From: Octopus vulgaris
Taxonomy: Eukaryota
NCBI GenBank assembly: GCA_951406725.2
Contig: OX597833.1
Location: 42,966,001-43,030,000, forward strand
Length of the DNA stretch: 64,000 bases
Direction of reading: 5' to 3'
Shown piece by piece: positions 56,608 to 64,000 of the stretch; the stretch's first letter is position 1, and each line of letters starts with the position of its first letter. The notes under the pieces were generated by a model. That model was given only the letters and a program-made list of their open reading frames with translations. It did not search any database and was not told where the DNA came from. The translations under genes and the position numbers were made by a program.

Positions 56608-56852
56608 TGTGTGTGTGCGTTTGCGTGTGGTATAAACCAGACTAAGAAAAGCATTTGACACACACACCAGAATGTGAGTTTTCTGTAAATTTTGCTTAAT
56701 TGGAGTTTAAATTTAAAAAACTGGACCTGGCATGACGCGATGCATTGTACTCTTAAAACTGCTAGGTAAATTGTAATTGAAGAAATCCTATATTGTAGAT
56801 TTGTATAACTCCCAAAGGGAGGCAGATAAAATCTGCCTTTTATAATAAGAGA
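56608..56852 (-). mobile_element. Helitron-like H1 5' fragment
   Basis: Reverse complement of ~54091-54330. Confidence 0.7.
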
Positions 56853-56932
56853 TAAATGTTGTGTTCAAAATAACATTTTCTTTTAAGAATGTGTATATAA
56901 CAAAGTATGTGTATATAACTACGTGGCTTATA

Positions 56933-57330
56933 TCTTTGTATATAAAAGTGAAGTTGTGTGTCTGTCTCCTACGATTTAGATTCCTAACTACTCCCACATT
57001 TTGCGGTGCAGTTTAACCAAAACCGGGTATCTTATAGTCGTGATTCATATCGAGCCCTTCTGGGTATTAGCGCGCGTCTACGATGAGTCTACGATTTAAA
57101 AAAATTTACCATCGTATTTTTCCATTTTAATGCATTTTCTTCGCTATTATATAAGGGAAGTAACTCTCTAAAAATATCTACGATGTGTCAACGATTTAAA
57201 AAAAAAATTTACCTTAATTTTTTTTCCATTTTTAATGCATTTTTTTGCTATTTTTTGGCTATAACTCTCTAAAAATGCTTATATAGTTATTTCCCTTACA
57301 AACCCGAGCAACGCCGGGCGATACTGCTAG
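56933..57330 (+). mobile_element. Non-autonomous Helitron, family H2
   Basis: A|TC start, same hairpin, CTAG|T end. Confidence 0.85.
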
Positions 57331-57339
57331 TAAATATAT

Positions 57340-57540
57340 ATACGTGTGTACAGGACACCACAAATAGACGTAGAACTCAACGAGAAACGAAAAAGTAAAA
57401 ACAAGCATGAAACGGACCTTTTTTTAACAACGAAAAAACAGAGTACAAGACAAACACACAAAGAAAATCCCCTTCATCAGCTGTCCCTAGTTCAACTCCA
57501 GCGTGTTTCGAAGGTGAGGACAGAACACGTCTCGTCGAAC
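57340..57540 (-). mobile_element. PLE-type terminal fragment
   Basis: TA-flanked; contains CGAAACACG and CTGATGAAGGGG on the minus strand; resembles 12530-12720. Confidence 0.5.
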
Positions 57541-57802
57541 TATATATATATATATATATGCATAAATATGTATGTATGTGTATATATACGTACATATGTA
57601 AATACGTACTCGTATAAATACGTAAACGTATAAATACGCACATATATAATACAAATACAATCTTCTCCATCTGAAACCCATAGACAAACGTCAATAAACA
57701 TACGTACAAATGTATGTAAACATATGTGTGTGAATGCGTCTGTTCGTGTATGTCCATGTTTATGCGTGTATTTATAGAAATATGTTTATATTCGTTCGCG
57801 CT

Positions 57803-57870
<68 letters not shown>

Positions 57871-58435
57871 CAAATATGTTGAGATAAAATTTTTCGTGTA
57901 AACAACTACACAACAGTGATCAAGCAACATGCACTTTCCAAATGGCAGTCTGTCAGGTTTGATCTATTATCAGGCACGATGATCTGGTTTTTATGTAACC
58001 AATGCTGGTTTCCTTTCAACAGCTGAATGCCTGGATCCGTCAGATCCTTCTTTAGTAAGACTAAGAAGACGTTGCTTCACTTTGCATAGATTTAGTAGCA
58101 ATTAGGCAATTGTGAATGAATTACACAAGCGGCCTCTCATCTTGTATGGTTACTAAAGGCGTAAATGTATAAACATCATCATATCTTCATACAGCTACAC
58201 ACACACACACACAAACAGATTCATACACACACACACGTGCACGCACACACACACACACACGCACGCACACATTAAGAAAAAGGAGCTAGTAAGAATTTTG
58301 GATGATTACTTATTTAGCGCTTTCATCTCATTTCGGTGAATCATCAGAACAGATTTTACAGAAAATGTATGCCTGTAATTGAATGCGGAAGAGAATGTTC
58401 TTTTACCATCTATATGTGTGTATGTGTGTGTATGT

Positions 58436-58484
<49 letters not shown>

Positions 58485-58792
58485 TGTGTGTGTGTGTGTA
58501 TACATATATATAAATTTCATATTTTATCAACTCCATTTGGGATTTCTATTCCAATACATAGCAAACCCAGCTGCTAGCTGTAAGTTATAAAACAATTTTT
58601 TCAGCTCATCGAACATCGGTACAGGGGAAAATTTACCACCTTCTACGTCACTATTGTTCCTGAACGTTGTTTTTTAAACCTTCTACGGGCTGCCCGAAGC
58701 CTGCTATTTTGCTACACCTTGATCTTTAAATCTTACCTTTACATACATACATACACACATACATACGTACATATACATTCATACATACACAC

Positions 58793-58828
<36 letters not shown>

Positions 58829-58850
58829 ATATGCATGTATGCACACATAC

Positions 58851-58927
<77 letters not shown>

Positions 58928-59264
58928 TATACATATATCAGAAAATTTTTTGAGGTTGAGAATGCGCCAAAATTTTAGAATAAATTTCAGTTTATTGATA
59001 TTTAAAAAGTCATTAGAAAACCATGACGATTTCCATAATCTCTATATTTTCTTTTTTCTTTCAATTTCCCAATGTTAGTTAAATAATAATAAAAATAAAT
59101 TTTTTACTTTGCACTCCATCATTATATGTCTGAAAAGAGGTAAAATTTATTCGAATTTCAATAATTATAAACAGAAACTGCAGAAGAACAGCGATACAAA
59201 ATAACCAACACAAACAACATTAAACACGACAGTGTATTTATACATAAAAATAAAAATTAATGTT

Positions 59265-59480
59265 CCTTTTCGAGCCGGTTTCAGTGGCGTAGAAATTCCC
59301 CACTTGGACGGGATGCTGGTCCGTCGCGGGATTACTCATTTTTGCCAGCTGAGTGGACTGGAGCAACGTGAAAGGAAGGGTTTTGCTCAAGAACACAACA
59401 CATCGCCCGGTCCATGAATCGAAACCACAACCTTACGATCATGAGTTCAACACCCTAATCACTAAGCCACGCGCCTCCAC
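59265..59480 (-). mobile_element. Family-C SINE
   Basis: tRNA-like head plus CTTGAGCAAAAC..GTCCACTCAGCTGG segment. Confidence 0.75.
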
Positions 59481-59946
59481 GTATTTCTACATGGACATGG
59501 TTAAATGATTAAGAGGTTTGCTATGCATTCACCGAATATCAGTTTAGATTCAGCTACGTGACAAGTGTCTTTCTCTATAAACTCTGGGTGATCAACGGAA
59601 ACTATATGGAATCTATATGGATCAACGGAAATTACATGGAAGTCATTCGGATGGATCCTCTCTGTAATTTAAAGGTTCAACTCCGTGACCCTATGCCTGA
59701 CTGACTGCGCCTCACAATGACATTAAGGCTACGCATATTTGCGGAATACTCTACCGCTTAAACGCGCTAATTCTATGAATCACGTACTGAACAAATAACT
59801 AAAAACTCATTCTTGAGAATTTTGGCCAAGATCGATTCGTGCATGTGTATATGAATACACAAACTCACATACACACACACACACGCATATATTCATATGT
59901 GTATATACATACATATGTATGTATGTATACATATACACACACACAC

Positions 59947-59997
<51 letters not shown>

Positions 59998-60002
<5 letters not shown>

Positions 60003-60212
60003 AGAGTTTACGCAAAAAACAAAAGACGAAGACAGGTGGTGTACAAAACAAACAGATGTATTAGTATAACGCTCAGGAATAGAAAAAGTATTTTACGTTT
60101 CGAGCCTACGCTCTTCTACAGAACGGGACACAGAAAAAACAAGGAGAGAAACAAGGAGAGAAAAAGATGTGTGTAGTGGCTAACGATCTATCATGGCGAC
60201 ACTAGTCGCCAT
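59998..60212 (-). mobile_element. PLE-type 3' terminal fragment with minimal hammerhead-like motif (60090-60125)
   Basis: Minus CTGTAGA-A-GAGC GTAG GCTC-GAAACGTA; TA-flanked; ends in hairpin ATGGCGAC-ACTA-GTCGCCAT. Confidence 0.65.
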
Positions 60213-60286
60213 AATATATATATATATTGGTTGTATACTGTCAATCTAACACGAACGTGACAGTAGGGGGGTACTGTGAATGTATT

Positions 60287-60325
<39 letters not shown>

Positions 60326-60879
60326 TATATGTGTGTGTGTGTATGTGTGTGTGTGTGTGTGTGTGTATATGAATGTATTTATGGAAAAGCACATGCATTG
60401 CTGTGTGGCTAAAAAGCTCGGTTTACAACCATGTGGTTTCGGGTTCATTCCCATGCACAAATGCACTGACATAGTTGTTGTAGTCGTAGTTTCAGCCCTG
60501 GTTAGATGTTAGATTGAGAAGTGCCATGACAAAAAGCACTCTGTAGTCGTGACTATTGGTCTGGATTTTGGACATGGTGTCTCGGATTACATTATACAGT
60601 TTTGCATCTTTCTGTCTAACTCGTAGAGTGTGATTTGAAAAAAAAGTTTTGGCTGTTATCATTATTGGACAGAGAGCCCAGATATCCTTTAAACTCCTGC
60701 GGAACCATAAAAAAAAAATGAGGGTGGCCTCATTGTCTTGATTCGATCGTGGTTAAATGAATTTGAAAGACCGACAAAGTCAACTTGAATTCTGCCTGTC
60801 TAGTTGACGACCAGTAGACCAAGCGATTTATATAACGTAAAGAGACTCCTTTTTGTTTTTTTTAGCCTGAAGAATTTTT

Positions 60880-61420
60880 TTGTATGAAGAATTCAAAACT
60901 ATGTTAAACAGCTGGAGCGTTTTTAACAAATAGTCTCTTTAAGGATTTACTTCCGTCAAATTTTGCATACATCTTGCAAGCAAAGTGATGTGTTGAAATT
61001 AGCAAATATCATAAGCTGTTAACAGCTCAAGTAGCAGAGCAGGCAGAGATGGATATTTGTTATTGTATCAAATGGAAGATGAAAGAATTACGAAGCAGTT
61101 ATTCTATGGAGAATTACGTTCTGGAAAAAGATCCTTCTTTGAAACCGAAGCTGTGATATACAGATTGCTTGAAACTGATCTGAAAAAAAGATAATATTAA
61201 TGAGGAAAATTCGAAAATAACTGCAACTGATAGTACAAAGACAGGACTTGCTCAATGCACACACTGACACACACGTTCATATATCGATAATCCCTTCAAA
61301 TGCTCAACTTATAATCGAATTTGCTTTTGTACGACAAGGCACTCGAGAGTATAAGAGCCAATACATGCTAATAATAAATGGTCACCGTACGAAGGGAAAT
61401 ATATCAGTCAATCTTGTAAT
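60880..61420 (+). mobile_element. RTE/BovB-like LINE 3' fragment
   Basis: MEDERITKQLFYGELRSGKRS..KPKL*YTDCLK. Confidence 0.65.
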
Positions 61421-61650
61421 AAACGTTGTATTTCCATTGGTCACAGTGCTAATTGTCATTTCTTCATTGCAGTTAACTGAAAATAGATATTATTAGCAGA
61501 TAGAGCGACCGAAGATCCATTAAACCACAGCTTGTGTTAAAAGCTACAAATCAAGTGAACTAGAAAGTCAGCCTTGCTTTGCAGTTTATTAGAAAGCGCT
61601 GGTCATACACATTACTGAGTTGATTTCTGTCGCGTATATTTGGATTTGAA

Positions 61651-61741
<91 letters not shown>

Positions 61742-61793
61742 TTCGACATATGTGTGTGTTTATAGATATATGTGTATATAACGGTATAATGGG

Positions 61794-61840
<47 letters not shown>

Positions 61841-61915
61841 ATATATGTGTATATATATGTGTGTGCGCGTGTGCGCGTATGTGTATTTATATACACACAT
61901 AGCTAGATGTATGTA

Positions 61916-61949
<34 letters not shown>

Positions 61950-61953
61950 AAAA

Positions 61954-62437
61954 ATATTAGGGAATAAATCCAAACTTACAGGGAAAAATCAGATTTAAGA
62001 TTGAATCCAATTTTATAGTAAAATATTATATTATATTAAATTAGAGATAAAACCACTATTAGGCAAATCATACAATGAAAAACTTGAGTCAATACATAAG
62101 ATTATTTAATTTATATTATTTAAATATATAACAAAATTATTAAAAAAATATAATTAATATAACACTACGATCGTTTCATGGCTGTTAATTTCTTTAAATT
62201 TTCGAGTTACAGTCATTCATCAGGTGGTTTAAATATTTAAGTTGGCGAGGTTTAGATGAATGACTGTAACTCGAAAATTTAAAGAAATTAACAGCCATGA
62301 AACGATCGTAGTGTTATATTAATTATAATTTTTTAAATAATTTTGTTATATATTTAAATAATATAAATTAAATAATCTTATGTATTGACTCAAGTTTTTC
62401 ATTGTATGATTTGCCTAATAGTGGTTTTATCTCTAAT
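61954..62437. mobile_element. TA-anchored fold-back hammerhead element (youngest copy)
   Basis: Shared terminus; near-perfect ~182-bp inverted arms 62040-62221 / 62255-62437 with a 33-nt spacer. Confidence 0.85.
62163..62226 (-). ncRNA. Type I hammerhead ribozyme with intact canonical core
   Basis: CAC-CUGAUGA-AUGACUGU..ACAGCCAU-GAA ACGAUCGU A-GUG; GUA cleavage triplet. Confidence 0.85.
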
Positions 62438-62440
62438 ATA

Positions 62441-62504
<64 letters not shown>

Positions 62505-62574
62505 TTTGTTTGTTTTTGTTTTTTGTTTTTCCAGTTTCAGCTCTTGAGCTGTGGCCATGCTGGGGCACCGCCAT

Positions 62575-62742
62575 TGTGGTGAAAGAGTACAGCAGGGATC
62601 ACCACCCCCTGCCGGAGCCTCGTAGAGCTTTTAGGTGTTTTCGCTCAATAAACACACACAACGCCCGGTCTGAGAATCGAAACCGCGATCCTGCGACCGC
62701 GAGTCCGCTGCCCTAAGCACTAGGCCATTGCGCCTCTACAGG
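62575..62742 (-). mobile_element. Family-C SINE 5' part
   Basis: Reverse complement of 11228-11380. Confidence 0.8.
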
Positions 62743-63252
62743 CGCCTCTACATATACATATATAAATATGTATATATTTATATATATGTATGTATATATG
62801 CATATGTATGTACTAGGGCTCTGGTTCGAGTATTCCAGGATTTTGAGGAATAGGGAATCACCTCAAAGACACTTATTCCCCGGTCTGCTCTGGTCCGGAG
62901 TAGTAGCACCTGTCAAAGTCCCAGTTATGAATTCATTAGATATCAGAGCACGCCTACTTATTTATGTGAAGATTGGACCTGAAGGCATTGTAGAAGAAAC
63001 CTTCTTGGTTCAACTGAGAGGAAGATGACTGCAACATCCCATTGTAAGATTCGTCATCCACCTGAGCCTGGAAGACTCACAATGTGATTGCACATCTTTG
63101 ATGCAAGTGCCTCTCTAAAATAGGAAACTACGTAAATTTTCACTTCGTATTTTTGCGCAAACTGTCGTTGCAAATAGAATTGGTATAGAAACAATTGTAA
63201 CGAAGCATTAAAGATGTGTTAAATAATGTTCTTTGTCTTCTTCTTATTATTT

Positions 63253-63294
<42 letters not shown>

Positions 63295-64000
63295 TCATAC
63301 GTATTTATTACTTAACTTGATACTGCTTTTCGTACTGACTTTTTAACCTTTAACATTTTACCAAACCGCTATCTTTTAGCGTTGCACCTGACACTTTTTA
63401 CAATTTACATCTCACATAGCTATTTACTTTTCACCAACTTATTTATGACATACTTAATACAGAGTGTATTAAAATAACTGAGCAGAAACATAATTATGGA
63501 ATAAAAAAAGAACCACTTCCTTGGAAAAACATAAAACAATATCATTTGGTGTTTCTTGTTTTCCAACAAATACGGGAGATAACTCTGAATATGTTACGTT
63601 ATTTATAACTTTAACCTCGTTAGTAAAGCATGGCGTTCTCTTAGTGATATTATAATCTCTAAGTAAATGTATACGATTCTGTATTTGTTGGTATACGAAA
63701 ATAGAATTGTTTACAAGTTCAGTAATTCACAGATGTCACCCGTATGAAAAACAATAGTTTAGTGTTAACATTTTTAATGCATCGAGGATATCCCCTTACC
63801 TTCCTTGCAATTAACAATAACCCTCTTACGTTTAAACATTCACATTTGGCAGTTTTACTAATAACATTTACTTTAACCTGTTTCTAATGGCTTCTGCATC
63901 ATCATCATCATTATCGTCGTCATCATTGTCATCAACATCATTATTAGTATCACTATCATCATTAGCCCAGCGATTATCATTATCAGCACCACCACTACAA

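Overview
AT-rich, microsatellite-saturated animal genomic DNA. The SINE families, (TA)n/(CA)n/(TATC)n density and TTAGGG motifs suggest an octopus/cephalopod intron or intergenic region (inference). No intact protein-coding gene is evident: nearly all ORF-track entries are microsatellite, SINE or decayed-transposon artefacts, and only a few weak minus-strand exon candidates exist. The window is a dense patchwork of decayed elements: two related Ty3/gypsy relics, a solo LTR, Penelope-like (PLE) RT and GIY-YIG relics, RTE/CR1/RLE-type LINE fragments, Tc1/mariner relics, three 8-bp-TSD MITEs with telomere-like repeats, a hAT MITE, Helitron-type non-autonomous elements and three tRNA-derived SINE families. 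Most notable: (1) a family of short non-coding, (TA)n-anchored, often fold-back elements carrying hammerhead ribozymes with long AT-rich stem II and covarying palindromic stem III; (2) SINE arrays that appear to have grown by serial tail addition that re-duplicates target DNA; (3) a solo LTR with an hsp70-like HSE array + TATA + Inr. All calls and coordinates were read by eye.
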